64,000 bases of DNA from Crocinitomicaceae bacterium (GCA_021325675.1 JAJTCM010000004.1:2794-66793); one strand, 5' to 3'. Shown: positions 37,606 through 48,031, numbered from the stretch's first letter. A program made the numbers and translations. Notes: generated by a model from the sequence alone, not told the origin.

Positions 37606-37612
37606 AAAACTA
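37605..37612 (-). promoter_or_regulatory. -7 box TAGTTTTG (marR-RND operon promoter)
   Basis: 33 nt upstream of the marR ATG (37571). Confidence 0.55.
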
Positions 37613-37908
37613 ACTGTTTTTTGGAATAAATCTTCCATGGTAGATTTTTTTAACAATTTTAAAGAACATCCGGAAAGTAAAAAGACTTTTTTGAACCAAA
37701 TAAGAACACAGAAATTTGAGATGTGATAGATGGAAGAGCGCATAAGTCATTCTGATAGTTTTCCGGGAAAAACCGCTTAAGTGTTCTTGATATTAGTGAT
37801 ATAAACAATTGTGGGCTTATATGCTTCAAATACAATCAACATCTTATGTCTTTTATCTTGAGTCTGTAAATCTGTAAAAAGAATTATCTTTACCCAAAAA
37901 TTCAAACT

Positions 37909-38688
37909 ATGTCATACAACAATATCATCGTAGAGCAAAAAAACCAGGTACAATGGATCACGATCAATCGCCCGAACCAGCTGAATGCGTTGAATAAAGA
38001 AACGATCCAGGAGCTTCACCAGGCGCTCAAAGCGGCGAATGAAGACCAGAAAACCGGGGTTGTTATCCTGACGGGATCAGGTGAAAAAGCCTTTGTTGCA
38101 GGAGCGGACATCAAGGAGTTTGCGGATTTTAGCACAAGCCAGGGGAAAGACCTTGCAGCGAAAGGCCAGGAAATCCTGTTTGATTTTGTAGAGAATTTAT
38201 CCAAGCCGGTTATTGCCGCAGTGAACGGTTTTGCCCTGGGTGGCGGGTTGGAGCTGGCGATGGCTTCCCATATCCGGATTGCTTCAGCGAATGCTAAAAT
38301 GGGCCTTCCGGAAGTTTCCCTGGGCGTGATCCCGGGTTATGGCGGAACGCAGCGTTTGGCACAGCTGGTAGGCAAAGGCAAGGCCAACGAAATGGTTTTC
38401 ACTGCCGGTATGATTACAGCAGAAGAAGCATTGAAGTGGGGATTGGTAAACGATGTTTGCTCCCTCGAAGAACTGCACGAAAGGGCCGATAAAATGGCCT
38501 CGAAAATATTGAATAACTCGGCTTCCGCGATTGCAGCGGCTATCAAGGCGATCAACGCTTCCACGAAGCACAATGTTGACGGTTTCCGGACGGAGATCGA
38601 AGAATTCGGCGCTTGTTTTGAAAGCCCTGACTTTATCGAAGGAACCACGGCCTTTGTGGAAAAAAGAAAAGCGAATTTCAGATCTTGA
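37909..38688 (+). CDS. enoyl-CoA hydratase/isomerase (crotonase) family protein
   Basis: Crotonase motifs (FVAGADIKEF, AAVNGFALGGGLELAMA). Confidence 0.88.
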   Translation: MSYNNIIVEQKNQVQWITINRPNQLNALNKETIQELHQALKAANEDQKTGVVILTGSGEKAFVAGADIKEFADFSTSQGKDLAAKGQEILFDFVENLSKPVIAAVNGFALGGGLELAMASHIRIASANAKMGLPEVSLGVIPGYGGTQRLAQLVGKGKANEMVFTAGMITAEEALKWGLVNDVCSLEELHERADKMASKILNNSASAIAAAIKAINASTKHNVDGFRTEIEEFGACFESPDFIEGTTAFVEKRKANFRS

Positions 38689-40130
38689 ACCCATTTAAAA
38701 AATTACTCGGGCAAACGGCAGTTTACGGTCTTTCCAGCATTATCGGAAGACTGCTGAACTATTTGCTGGTACCGCTCTATACATTCGTTTTCAAAAATCC
38801 GGCGGATTACGGGGACGTGTCTATTTTGTATGCCTGGGTAGCTTTTTTGGTTGTTTTCCTGACTTTCGGTATGGAAACGACCTTTTTCCGTTACCTTCAC
38901 CTGAAAGAAGACAAGGAGAAGATTTTCAGCAACAGCTTCCTGACGCTGATCGTGCTGAATATTCTGTTTTTCATCATCGTTGTATTTTTCAACCAGGATG
39001 TGGCGGATTATTTGCTGTTCCATGAGCACAACGAATACATTGTTCTGCTGGCATTGATCGTGTGCATCGACTCGGTGAGCAGCCTGCCGCTGGCGAAGCT
39101 GCGTGCGGAAGAAAAAGCCGTCAAATTTGCAGCCATCCAGTTTACGTCCATCGGGGTGAATATCGTCCTGAACCTGATTTTCATGCTGATCTTTTTCGAT
39201 CCGGACAGGCCTGAGGAAGGTGTGCTTTTTATCCTGATCGCCAACCTGATTTCTTCGCTTGTGAAACCGCTTTTGCTGTATAAAGATTTCCTGATGGTGC
39301 GCCTGAGCTTCGATTTTCAGCTGGTACGCGAAATGATGATCTACGCTTTTCCGCTGGTTTTTGCAGGTTTTGCGGGCATCATCAATGAAACGATCGACCG
39401 GATTTTACTGGAGCGGATTTTATTTTCTTCCGGGAAAACGCTTACTGAAGCCAAAACCGAAGTGGGGATTTACAGCGCAGTATATAAGCTGGCGATGCTC
39501 GTTACTATTTTTCTACAGGCCTATCGCTACGCCGCCGAGCCTTTTTTCTTTGCCCAGTCGAAAAACCAGGACCGCAACAAAGTGTATGTCAAAACGATGA
39601 ATTATTTTGTGGCCGGGGTTTGCCTGATTTTCCTGCTCGTTGCGCTCAACATTGATATTTTCAAGCATTTCATCCGGAACGAAAGTTATTGGGTAGGCCT
39701 GGGCGTTGTCCCGATCCTTTTGCTCGCCAATGTTTTCCTGGGGATTTATTACAACCAGAGCATCTGGTACAAGCTGAGCGGGCAAACGAAATTCGGGGCA
39801 TACATTTCCATCGGCGGCGCTTTGCTGACGGTGCTCATCAATGTCTTTTTTATCCCGGAATACGGCTACTGGGCCTGCGCCTGGGCTACGTTGATTGTTT
39901 ATGCCGCCCAGATGATCGCTTCGTATCTGTTGGGCCAGCGCTATTACCCGATCAAATACAACCTGCGGAAATTTGCGCTTTACCTGGGGCTCAGTCTCGT
40001 AATTTTCTGGATGGCAAACCTGTTTGATATGGAAAGCGGCTATGGGAAATTCTTCGTTCACAACGGGATGATCTGCCTTTTTGTGTTTGTCGTGTGGAGC
40101 CTGGACTTCCGATCTCTTAAAAAAGGTTAA
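38685..40130 (+). CDS. MOP/Wzx-type oligosaccharide flippase (polysaccharide biosynthesis protein)
   Basis: Multi-pass membrane protein with a family-typical N-terminus (KKLLGQTAVYGLSSIIGRLLNYLLVPLYT). TTG start in a TTGA overlap with the upstream stop. Confidence 0.75.
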   Translation: MNPFKKLLGQTAVYGLSSIIGRLLNYLLVPLYTFVFKNPADYGDVSILYAWVAFLVVFLTFGMETTFFRYLHLKEDKEKIFSNSFLTLIVLNILFFIIVVFFNQDVADYLLFHEHNEYIVLLALIVCIDSVSSLPLAKLRAEEKAVKFAAIQFTSIGVNIVLNLIFMLIFFDPDRPEEGVLFILIANLISSLVKPLLLYKDFLMVRLSFDFQLVREMMIYAFPLVFAGFAGIINETIDRILLERILFSSGKTLTEAKTEVGIYSAVYKLAMLVTIFLQAYRYAAEPFFFAQSKNQDRNKVYVKTMNYFVAGVCLIFLLVALNIDIFKHFIRNESYWVGLGVVPILLLANVFLGIYYNQSIWYKLSGQTKFGAYISIGGALLTVLINVFFIPEYGYWACAWATLIVYAAQMIASYLLGQRYYPIKYNLRKFALYLGLSLVIFWMANLFDMESGYGKFFVHNGMICLFVFVVWSLDFRSLKKG

Positions 40131-40305
40131 GATTTGAGAATTCGAAAATTTGAAGATTCCCTGCTTCGCAGATTCGAAGCATTGAAGTTCGTTTATGGTT
40201 TGCCTTTGTAGTCCTGCTTTTTAGATTTTTACTTTGGGATTTGGAAGATCTGAATCTTCGAACGGATCAATTAGCACATTAAACTATTAGCATATTAACC
40301 CATTA
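40131..40305. repeat. composite spacer: family-3 units in inverted arms, then four phased family-1 units
   Basis: GAAGATTC (40152-40159) and GAATCTTC (40252-40259) are inverted. Hairpin TGCTTCG / CGAAGCA (40162-40168 / 40175-40181). Family-1 units at 40271, 40279, 40287 and 40295. Confidence 0.8.
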
Positions 40306-40312
40306 AATTGCT

Positions 40313-40320
40313 TATCTTTG
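40313..40320 (+). promoter_or_regulatory. -7 box TATCTTTG
   Basis: 36 nt upstream of the metF ATG (40357). Preceded by four phased repeat units. Confidence 0.55.
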
Positions 40321-40356
40321 TCGTTTTTAATTTTTAAAACAGCTATCTGACATAAA

Positions 40357-41307
40357 ATGAAGGTCATTGAACATTTAAACGAGGCAAAGTCGACTTTGTT
40401 TTCATTTGAAATCCTACCTCCGCTCAAGGGAAAAAGCATCCAGTCCATTTATGACGGTATTGATCCTTTGATGGAGTTTAAACCCAAATTCATTAATGTG
40501 ACCTATCACCGCGAAGAATATATCTACAAGGAAAGGGATAACGGATTGCTGGAAAAAATTGCCATCCGCAAGCGCCCCGGAACAGTAGGGATTTGTGCGG
40601 CAATCATGAATAAATATTACGTAGACGCTGTTCCTCACCTGATTTGCGGCGGCTTCTCGAAAGAAGAAACAGAAAACGCGCTCATTGATCTCCAGTTCCT
40701 TGGAATTGACAACGTGCTGGCCCTGCGCGGTGATTCGATCAAAACCGAATCCGCATTCAAACCGCACACCGAAGGCCACGCGCATGCCGTCGACCTGATC
40801 GACCAGATTATGAGCATGAACAGCGGGAATTACATGACTGAAGAATACCAGCTCGAGCCGACCAATTTTTGCATCGGGACTGCCGGTTACCCGGAAAAGC
40901 ACTTCGAAGCGATGAACCTCTCCACGGATTTGATGTACCTCAAACGCAAAGTGGATGCGGGCGCTTCTTACGTTGTGACCCAGATGTTTTTCGACAATAA
41001 AAAATACTTTGAATTCGTGGACGCCTGCCGCGCGATTGGAATTACCGTTCCGATCATCCCGGGGCTGAAGCCGATCAAAACCCTGGCGCATGCTTCTTTT
41101 TTACCGAAGTTTTTCCACGTAGATTTCCCGGAAGACCTTTCCAAAGAGCTGATCAAATGCAAGGATAACAAAGCGGCTGAGCAAGTCGGGATCGAGTGGG
41201 GCATCCACCAGTCCAAAGAACTCAAACAAGCGAATGTACCGTGCATTCACTATTATACGATGTCAACCTCTTCTTCCGTTAAGGCGATAGCCCGGGAAGT
41301 ATTTTAA
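40357..41307 (+). CDS. metF: methylenetetrahydrofolate reductase
   Basis: FSFEILPP N-terminal motif and MetF-type length and sequence. Confidence 0.9.
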   Translation: MKVIEHLNEAKSTLFSFEILPPLKGKSIQSIYDGIDPLMEFKPKFINVTYHREEYIYKERDNGLLEKIAIRKRPGTVGICAAIMNKYYVDAVPHLICGGFSKEETENALIDLQFLGIDNVLALRGDSIKTESAFKPHTEGHAHAVDLIDQIMSMNSGNYMTEEYQLEPTNFCIGTAGYPEKHFEAMNLSTDLMYLKRKVDAGASYVVTQMFFDNKKYFEFVDACRAIGITVPIIPGLKPIKTLAHASFLPKFFHVDFPEDLSKELIKCKDNKAAEQVGIEWGIHQSKELKQANVPCIHYYTMSTSSSVKAIAREVF

Positions 41308-41316
41308 ACGTAACAA

Positions 41317-41853
41317 ATGAAAAAAATTCTTTTCCTGGCCCTTGTCAGTATCCAATTTACCGGCTTTTCCCAGATTGAGTCGCTGGACTTGAAAAACGTG
41401 CTGGTCGTGGGACAGCTTGATAAACCCGAAGACCGCTTTACGGTGGAAGTCAACATGACGGAAATCCTGGCTGAGCAGGGGATCAAAACGATGGCTTCGC
41501 TCAATGTGCTCAAGCAGGGCGCCGAAATGATTACGATAGCAAGTGATAGCGTAGCTGCTGTGCTCAAAGCTAAAGGGATCGACACCTATGTGCTGGTTTC
41601 CGTGCGCGGCTACGACACGAGGTTTAAACCGTCCAAAAACCACAACGACCTGAAAACCGAGCTGACGACCGGTCACTTATTTCCGCTTTACCGCGATGAA
41701 ACTGTTTCCGTAACTTTGGAATTCAATTTTTACAGGAATGGCCAGTTCGTAGCATACGATATCCTTAAATTGCCGGGCACTTCTTCCCGCGATGAGGTAA
41801 TAAAAAAACTGCATAAAAAATTGCCGAAGCGTATCAATAAGCTTTGGAAATAA
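41317..41853 (+). CDS. hypothetical secreted protein
   Basis: Signal peptide. 9 nt after the metF stop. No family recognised. Confidence 0.5.
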   Translation: MKKILFLALVSIQFTGFSQIESLDLKNVLVVGQLDKPEDRFTVEVNMTEILAEQGIKTMASLNVLKQGAEMITIASDSVAAVLKAKGIDTYVLVSVRGYDTRFKPSKNHNDLKTELTTGHLFPLYRDETVSVTLEFNFYRNGQFVAYDILKLPGTSSRDEVIKKLHKKLPKRINKLWK

Positions 41854-41893
41854 TAACACATAAAATTAATTAACTAAAATAATCTAAACGAGT

Positions 41894-42730
41894 ATGAAAA
41901 CAATTAAAACACTCTTATTTGTAGCCCTGAGCGGTCTCACTTTCGGACAAGGCCTGAAAGTTCCTGTAAAAAGCCCGATGGCAACGATTAAACAGGCTGT
42001 TGGAATCTCTGATATAACGGTTGAATATTGCCGCCCGAGCAAAAACGGCCGCGTAGTATTCGGTGATGTTGTTCCTTTTGATGAAGTATGGAGAACAGGT
42101 GCAAATGCTTCAACTAAAGTTACTTTCGGGGAAGATGTGAAAATCAACGGCCAGGCGCTGAAAGCCGGGACCTATTCACTCTACACGATTCCTAAAAAAG
42201 ACGAGTGGGTTGTGATCTTCAACAAAAACCTGACTTTGTGGGGGTCCGACGGTTATACGGAATCGGAAGATGCTGCACGCATTTTAGTGAAAACACAAAA
42301 AACGGCTGAATTGGTGGAAACGTTCACAATTGCATTCAATAACCTGAAACCGACAGCTGCAACAATGGACCTTACCTGGGAAAACACGAAAGTGAGCCTT
42401 GATCTTTCCGTTGAAGTGGACGAAAAAATCATGAAAAATATCGAAGCTACGATGTCCCAGGACAAACGTCCGTTCTACCAGGCGGCTTCATATTACTACG
42501 ACAACAAAAAAGACATGAAGCAAGCGCTGGAGTGGGCCAACAAAGCAGTTGAATCCAACCCGAAAGCTTACTGGACGCTGGTTTTGAAATCCAAAATCCA
42601 ATTGGAGCTGAACGACAAAAAAGGCGCGAAAGAAACGGCTGAAGCAGCTAAGAAAATGGCTGAGGAAGAAAAAGACCAGGCTTACGCGAAACAAGCGGAC
42701 GAAATTATCAAAAAAGCTTCTGCGAAATAA
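41894..42730 (+). CDS. DUF2911-family protein with C-terminal TPR-like region
   Basis: Signal peptide and a DUF2911-like core (VFGD.VP.....WRTGAN..T...F..DV...G..L.AG.Y.L). Confidence 0.65.
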   Translation: MKTIKTLLFVALSGLTFGQGLKVPVKSPMATIKQAVGISDITVEYCRPSKNGRVVFGDVVPFDEVWRTGANASTKVTFGEDVKINGQALKAGTYSLYTIPKKDEWVVIFNKNLTLWGSDGYTESEDAARILVKTQKTAELVETFTIAFNNLKPTAATMDLTWENTKVSLDLSVEVDEKIMKNIEATMSQDKRPFYQAASYYYDNKKDMKQALEWANKAVESNPKAYWTLVLKSKIQLELNDKKGAKETAEAAKKMAEEEKDQAYAKQADEIIKKASAK

Positions 42731-42733
42731 GTC

Positions 42734-43171
42734 ATGCTGCAGGTAAAAGTCATCAATCAATCCGGCCACGAGCTGCCGAAATACGAAACACACGGTGCGG
42801 CGGGCCTCGACCTCAAAGCGAATATCGAAGAAGCAGTGGAGCTGAAGCCTTTGCAGCGAGCGCTCATCAAAACGGGGATTTTCATTGAAATTCCTGAAGG
42901 GTACGAAGCCCAGGTGCGCCCCAGAAGCGGTTTGGCCTATAAATACGGTGTTACGGTTCTAAATTCTCCCGGAACGATCGATGCGGACTACCGCGGAGAA
43001 GTTGGCGTGATTTTGGTAAACCTCTCAGATCAGCCTTTCGTGATTGAAAACGGGGAGCGCATTGCCCAGCTGGTTTTTGCCAAAGTGGAGCAGGCAGAAT
43101 GGTCTGAAAGTAACGGTTTATCCGAAACTAACCGCGGCGCCGGGGGATTCGGGAGCACGGGAAAAAAATAA
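42734..43171 (+). CDS. dut: dUTP diphosphatase
   Basis: dUTPase motifs ([31 protein letters not shown]). Confidence 0.93.
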   Translation: MLQVKVINQSGHELPKYETHGAAGLDLKANIEEAVELKPLQRALIKTGIFIEIPEGYEAQVRPRSGLAYKYGVTVLNSPGTIDADYRGEVGVILVNLSDQPFVIENGERIAQLVFAKVEQAEWSESNGLSETNRGAGGFGSTGKK

Positions 43172-43201
43172 GCTTTTCTCCGCCCGACCCGAAAATTAGT
43201 T

Positions 43202-43209
43202 TATATTTG
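43202..43209 (+). promoter_or_regulatory. -7 box TATATTTG
   Basis: 30 nt upstream of the ATG at 43240. Confidence 0.55.
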
Positions 43210-43239
43210 AAAATAAATAGTTAGATCTAAAATAATACA

Positions 43240-44247
43240 ATGAAAGTAATCATTCCTATGGCCGGTCGCGGAAGCAGATTGCGCCCGCATACACTTACTC
43301 TGCCTAAACCATTGATCCCCGTTGGAGGGAAACCGATCGTACACCGTTTAGTGGAAGATATCGCTTCGGTTTGCAGTGAGCAGATTGAAGAAATCGGCTT
43401 CATTATCGGTGATTTCGGCAAGGAAGTTGAACAGGAACTGATCCAGGTGGCTGAGCGTCTCGGCGCCAAAGGCTCGATCTTTTACCAGGATGAAGCGCTT
43501 GGGACTGCCCACGCGGTTTTGTGTGCCAAAAGCATGCTCAGCGGCCCGGTTGTGGTTGCCTTCGCAGATACCTTGTTCAAAGCGGATTTTAAAATTGATT
43601 CCCAGATCGACGGGATCCTGTGGGTAAAACAAATCGAAGACCCTTCTTCCTTCGGCGTAGTGAAAATGGATGGCGATGGCCACATCATTGACTTCGTGGA
43701 GAAACCGGAGACTTTTGTTTCCGACCTGGCGATGATTGGAGTGTATTACTTCAAGAGCGGGGAGGACCTTCTCGTTGAGCTGAACTACCTCGTTGACAAT
43801 AAAATTATTAAGAGCGGCGAATACCAATTGCCGGACGCCCTGCGCAGGCTGACCGAAAAAGGCAAAAAATTCAAGCCCGGAGAAGTCCAGGAATGGCTGG
43901 ATTGCGGCAACAAAGAAGTGACCGTCCACACCAACAAGCGCGTGCTTGACTACGATTTTGAGAAAAAGCTCGAAATGGTGCACCCGACTGCGAAAGTGAC
44001 GCAAACAATTATCATTCCGCCGTGCTATATCGGTGAAAACGTCGTAATCTCCAATTCCGTGATCGGGCCGCATGTATCAGTGGGGAAAGATTCACACGTG
44101 AACGAATGCATTATCAAAAACAGTATTTTGCAGAAAAACACCGAAATCCTGAATGCGAATATCGAAAACTCCATGATCGGGAATTTTGCCAAATACAATG
44201 GCATTGCACGCGATATCAGCATGAGCGATTATTCTACGATTGATTAA
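43240..44247 (+). CDS. sugar-phosphate nucleotidyltransferase with C-terminal left-handed beta-helix
   Basis: N-terminal IIPMAGRGSRLRP..L..PKPLI motif and hexapeptide-like C-terminus. Confidence 0.8.
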   Translation: MKVIIPMAGRGSRLRPHTLTLPKPLIPVGGKPIVHRLVEDIASVCSEQIEEIGFIIGDFGKEVEQELIQVAERLGAKGSIFYQDEALGTAHAVLCAKSMLSGPVVVAFADTLFKADFKIDSQIDGILWVKQIEDPSSFGVVKMDGDGHIIDFVEKPETFVSDLAMIGVYYFKSGEDLLVELNYLVDNKIIKSGEYQLPDALRRLTEKGKKFKPGEVQEWLDCGNKEVTVHTNKRVLDYDFEKKLEMVHPTAKVTQTIIIPPCYIGENVVISNSVIGPHVSVGKDSHVNECIIKNSILQKNTEILNANIENSMIGNFAKYNGIARDISMSDYSTID

Positions 44248-45962
44248 TGAAATACAGCATATACATAGCTTTATTCCTGCTTTTTGCAGCTTGCGGAACC
44301 AAAAAGGCGGCTGATACCGATACCGTACCGGTGAATTCCGGGCCAACGGACTACAGCTACATTGAAAAGTTCCACCATGCCCTGCGCCTGAAGCAAAAAG
44401 GACAGTATCCCGAAGCGATTGCCGCGTTTGAATCCTGCAAGGCCATGCGCCCCAACGACGATGCGGTTTACTACGCCCTGGCGGAATTGTACCTCCTGAC
44501 CCAGCAGATGTCCAAGTCTTCCGAAGCGATCCAGATGGCCGTGAAGCTTGACCCGGACAACAAATGGTACATCCAGGAATATGCGTACATGCTGTTCGAA
44601 ACTAAAAATTTCAAGGAAGCGGCCAAAAGCTTCAAAAAACTGTCGGAATTAGATCCCAATAACGTGGAATGGCTGTTTTCCTATGCAGAAGCCCTGATGC
44701 GCTCCGATGATTTTTCGGGGGCAGTAAAAGCGCTCGATAAGCTGGAAAACGAAATCGGCGCCAACCCGGAGCTGAGTATCCAGAAATTTACTTTGTACCG
44801 CCGCATCAAGCAAGACGACAAAGCGATCCTCGAGCTGGAAAAAGCCCTGAAAATCTTTCCTTCCGATGTGCAGCTGCTGGCAAACCTCGTGGACTATTAT
44901 TTTGAAAAAAAGCAGGACGAAAAAGCCTTTGCTTACCTCAAGGAGCTTGCTGTCAATGATCCCGGGAACGGGAATGCACATCTGGCGCTCGCACAATATT
45001 ACGATCAGAAAGGACAGCGGCAGGAATCGTATGTGGAGCTCAAAAAAGCTTTCCTGGCCGATGATGTGAAGCTGGATACCAAAATAAAGATTATCCTCAG
45101 CATGTTCGAAAGCCAGTCAAAACTTGATCCCGAAATGCTGGAGCTGGCAACGATCCTCGTAGATAAATATCCGGCTGACGGACGTGTATATACCGTGCGC
45201 GGAGATTTTTACCTCAAGGAACAAAAAGAAGCGCTTGCTCTCAAAGATTTTCAAAAAGCACTTGAATTCGAGAAAAGCAAATTTGCGATCTGGGAACAAG
45301 TCCTGCTGATGGAATACCAGGCGCAGGATTATGCACGGCTTTATGCGGATGCAAAAACCTGTCTCGAATACTTTCCTTCCCAGGCCAAAGTATACCTTTT
45401 GTTCGGCGTTGCCGCCAATCAATTGAAAAAATACGAAGAAGCCCTTGATAAGCTGACTTTGGGCGAAGAGCTGATCGCGAATGACCCGGTTATGAAATCG
45501 GAAATCCTTTCGCAGAAAGGCGACGCTTTGTTTGGCCTTAAGCGGGTGAAAGAAGGAAAAGAAGCCTACGAAGCGGCTTTGAAGCTCGATCCGGACAATA
45601 TTTTATACAAAAACAATTACGCTTACCGTCTCGCGTTGGTGAACACAGACCTCGACAAAGCCGAAAGCCTGATCAAACAGGTATTGGAAGCTTCACCCGG
45701 CGAATCACATTTCATCGATACGTATGGTTTTATTCTTTTTCAAAAAGGAAAATATGCCGAAGCGCTGGAACAATTTAGAAAAGCGCTCGTACTAAAACCC
45801 GAAGACAAACACATTGTGGAGCACACCGGCGATGCCCTGTTCAAAACAGGAAATGTAACGGATGCTGTCAATGCCTGGAAAAAGGCGAAAGAGCTGGGTT
45901 CAACAAACCTGAAATTAAATGACAAAATTGAAAAAAAAGCATATTATGACCCGGTTTACTAA
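44247..45962 (+). CDS. TPR-repeat lipoprotein
   Basis: Lipobox LFAAC and many TPR-like repeats. Its ATG shares 1 nt with the upstream TAA. Confidence 0.75.
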   Translation: MKYSIYIALFLLFAACGTKKAADTDTVPVNSGPTDYSYIEKFHHALRLKQKGQYPEAIAAFESCKAMRPNDDAVYYALAELYLLTQQMSKSSEAIQMAVKLDPDNKWYIQEYAYMLFETKNFKEAAKSFKKLSELDPNNVEWLFSYAEALMRSDDFSGAVKALDKLENEIGANPELSIQKFTLYRRIKQDDKAILELEKALKIFPSDVQLLANLVDYYFEKKQDEKAFAYLKELAVNDPGNGNAHLALAQYYDQKGQRQESYVELKKAFLADDVKLDTKIKIILSMFESQSKLDPEMLELATILVDKYPADGRVYTVRGDFYLKEQKEALALKDFQKALEFEKSKFAIWEQVLLMEYQAQDYARLYADAKTCLEYFPSQAKVYLLFGVAANQLKKYEEALDKLTLGEELIANDPVMKSEILSQKGDALFGLKRVKEGKEAYEAALKLDPDNILYKNNYAYRLALVNTDLDKAESLIKQVLEASPGESHFIDTYGFILFQKGKYAEALEQFRKALVLKPEDKHIVEHTGDALFKTGNVTDAVNAWKKAKELGSTNLKLNDKIEKKAYYDPVY

Positions 45963-46758
45963 GTATTTTGCTTTTCTTTCATGCCTTTTGCTTTTCTCCT
46001 GCGCCAAAAAGCTCGTGGGTGAAAATGTGGAAAAAGTAGAGCGCCGCAAAACTTCAGAGTTGCTGAATGTGCTCGACAGTTTGACGAAGCAGAAACCACA
46101 GACTTTTTACTCCAAGATTTCAACCAAATACCGCGATACGACCCAGGATTTGTCTTTCAAAACCTCTATCCGCATGGTGAAAGACAGCGCGATCAACGCT
46201 TTGATCACGTATGCAACGCTCCCGATTTTCAACTCGGTGCTTACGCCGGACAGTTTGACGATCGTAAACAAGCGAGGCAAATGTTTTACCAAAACCAAGC
46301 TGAATTACATCAAGGAAAATTTTGGGGTCGCTTTCGATTATAAAAACGTGGAAGAGCTTTTGCTCGGCCTGCCTTTGGCGTACGATGACGATCAGAAATA
46401 TTTCCAGATCCACGATCCGTACAACTACATTGTTTCTTCCCACCGCAAGCGCGAAATCAGGCGTTATGACAAAAAGGAAAAGCTGCAGGACGACATTATC
46501 ATCAAGTATTTTCTGTCAAACGATTTGAAAAGCCTGAAAAAGATGGAAGTCGAAAGCAATGCCGATTCCGCCCGCATCGAGGTGAATTTCCTCAAATGGG
46601 AAATGGTCGAAAATTACAACGTTCCAAGCGAGGTGTTTATTAAAATTTTCACGCCGAATAACCGCATTGAGGTTGAAATGAACTACGATAAAATCCAGGT
46701 AAATGTACCGCAACAGCTTTTTTTAGTTATACCGGAAGACTATGAGGAATGTAAATAA
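45946..46758 (+). CDS. DUF4292-like lipoprotein
   Basis: Start moved to the ATG at 45946 (MTRFTKYFAFLSCLLLFSC lipobox). Sits between the TPR and M23 genes, which I recall as a conserved gene order. Confidence 0.6.
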   Translation: MTRFTKYFAFLSCLLLFSCAKKLVGENVEKVERRKTSELLNVLDSLTKQKPQTFYSKISTKYRDTTQDLSFKTSIRMVKDSAINALITYATLPIFNSVLTPDSLTIVNKRGKCFTKTKLNYIKENFGVAFDYKNVEELLLGLPLAYDDDQKYFQIHDPYNYIVSSHRKREIRRYDKKEKLQDDIIIKYFLSNDLKSLKKMEVESNADSARIEVNFLKWEMVENYNVPSEVFIKIFTPNNRIEVEMNYDKIQVNVPQQLFLVIPEDYEECK

Positions 46759-48013
46759 ATACACCTTGCTGCTCGTCACCCTGTGTTTCGCGGCGTCGCT
46801 TTCTGCCCAGAGCAATACCGAAAAGCTCAAGCGGGAACAGGAAAAGCTTGAAAAAAACATTTCCAATACCAAAAACCTGCTAGAGAAAACAAAAACGAAT
46901 GCGGAGATCACGCTCAACGAGCTGAAGCTGATCGACAACCAGGTTAAATTCCGCGAGGAGCTTTTGCAGAATTTTGACAACCAGATCCGCGGCACAGAGC
47001 TTAAAATCGAGCAAAAAAACAACCAGATCAATGAGCTGGAAACCAAGCTCGCTTCCCTGAAAGAGCAATACCGGAAGCTGGTGATCTACGCGTATAAAAA
47101 ACGCAGTAAACAGGGACAGATGATGTTCATTTTTTCCTCTTCGTCCTATTACGAAGCGCTGAAACGCAAAAAATATCTCGAAAAAATTGCTGAAATCCAG
47201 CGCAAGCAAAAACTGATCATCCAGCAGCACCGGAAACTAATCGCCAAGGAAAAAGGCGAATTGGTGGAAGAAAAATCCTATAAAGAAACGATTGCCGATC
47301 AGAAACGCCGCGAAAAGGAAGAAATCCTGAAAGACAAGGAAGAGCAATCCAAAGCGCTGACGAAGCTCAAGCAGGAAGAAGGAAAGCTGCTCGCGGCGAT
47401 CAAAAAGGACGAAGCCCGCAAAGCGGAGATCAAACGGAAGATCGACAAGGCCATCCAGGACGAAATTGCCCGCCAGGAAAAAAGCAAGCCGAAAACACCG
47501 AAAGGTACGAAGCCCAAAACCCCGAAAACAAGCTCAGGTGAAACGAAGCCCAAAACGGAAGAACCGGTTAAGTTCATAGAACCGAAAGAAGTGGAGCTTA
47601 ACACCAATTTTGAGACGAATAAAGGCAAATTGCCGTGGCCGGTTGCAACGGGATCAATCACTGAAAAATTCGGAAAAAACCCGCATCCAAGTATCCCGAA
47701 TATCTTCACCAACAACAACGGCGTGGATATCAGTACCAATAAAGGCGCTTCCGTACGTGCAGTGTTTGAAGGCGAAGTAACGAGCATCATCAACATCTTG
47801 GGCGCCGGAAAAACAGTTATCATCCGTCACGGAAATTACCGTACGGTTTACAGTAACCTGCAGGACGTTTACGTTTCCACCGGATCGAAAGTCAGCACCA
47901 AGCAGGCAATCGGCTCACTGCTTGTGCAGGAAGGCGCAGCATTGTCCGTTTTGCATTTTGAAGTAAGACAAGACATCAACGTGATGAACCCAAGCTTGTG
48001 GATCACGCGTTAA
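46742..48013 (+). CDS. M23-family peptidase / EnvC-like murein hydrolase activator
   Basis: Signal peptide, long coiled-coil, Lys/Pro-rich linker and a C-terminal LytM/M23 domain (NNGVDI...GKTVIIRHGNYRTVYSNL...LHFEV). Confidence 0.85.
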   Translation: MRNVNKYTLLLVTLCFAASLSAQSNTEKLKREQEKLEKNISNTKNLLEKTKTNAEITLNELKLIDNQVKFREELLQNFDNQIRGTELKIEQKNNQINELETKLASLKEQYRKLVIYAYKKRSKQGQMMFIFSSSSYYEALKRKKYLEKIAEIQRKQKLIIQQHRKLIAKEKGELVEEKSYKETIADQKRREKEEILKDKEEQSKALTKLKQEEGKLLAAIKKDEARKAEIKRKIDKAIQDEIARQEKSKPKTPKGTKPKTPKTSSGETKPKTEEPVKFIEPKEVELNTNFETNKGKLPWPVATGSITEKFGKNPHPSIPNIFTNNNGVDISTNKGASVRAVFEGEVTSIINILGAGKTVIIRHGNYRTVYSNLQDVYVSTGSKVSTKQAIGSLLVQEGAALSVLHFEVRQDINVMNPSLWITR

Positions 48014-48031
48014 TCAAATTATAAAATCACT

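Noticed and set aside
37432-37743. 103-aa minus-strand ORF extending upstream of marR.
   Set aside because: It overlaps the marR 5' end in another frame and runs across the predicted promoter and operator. No motif or signal supports it.
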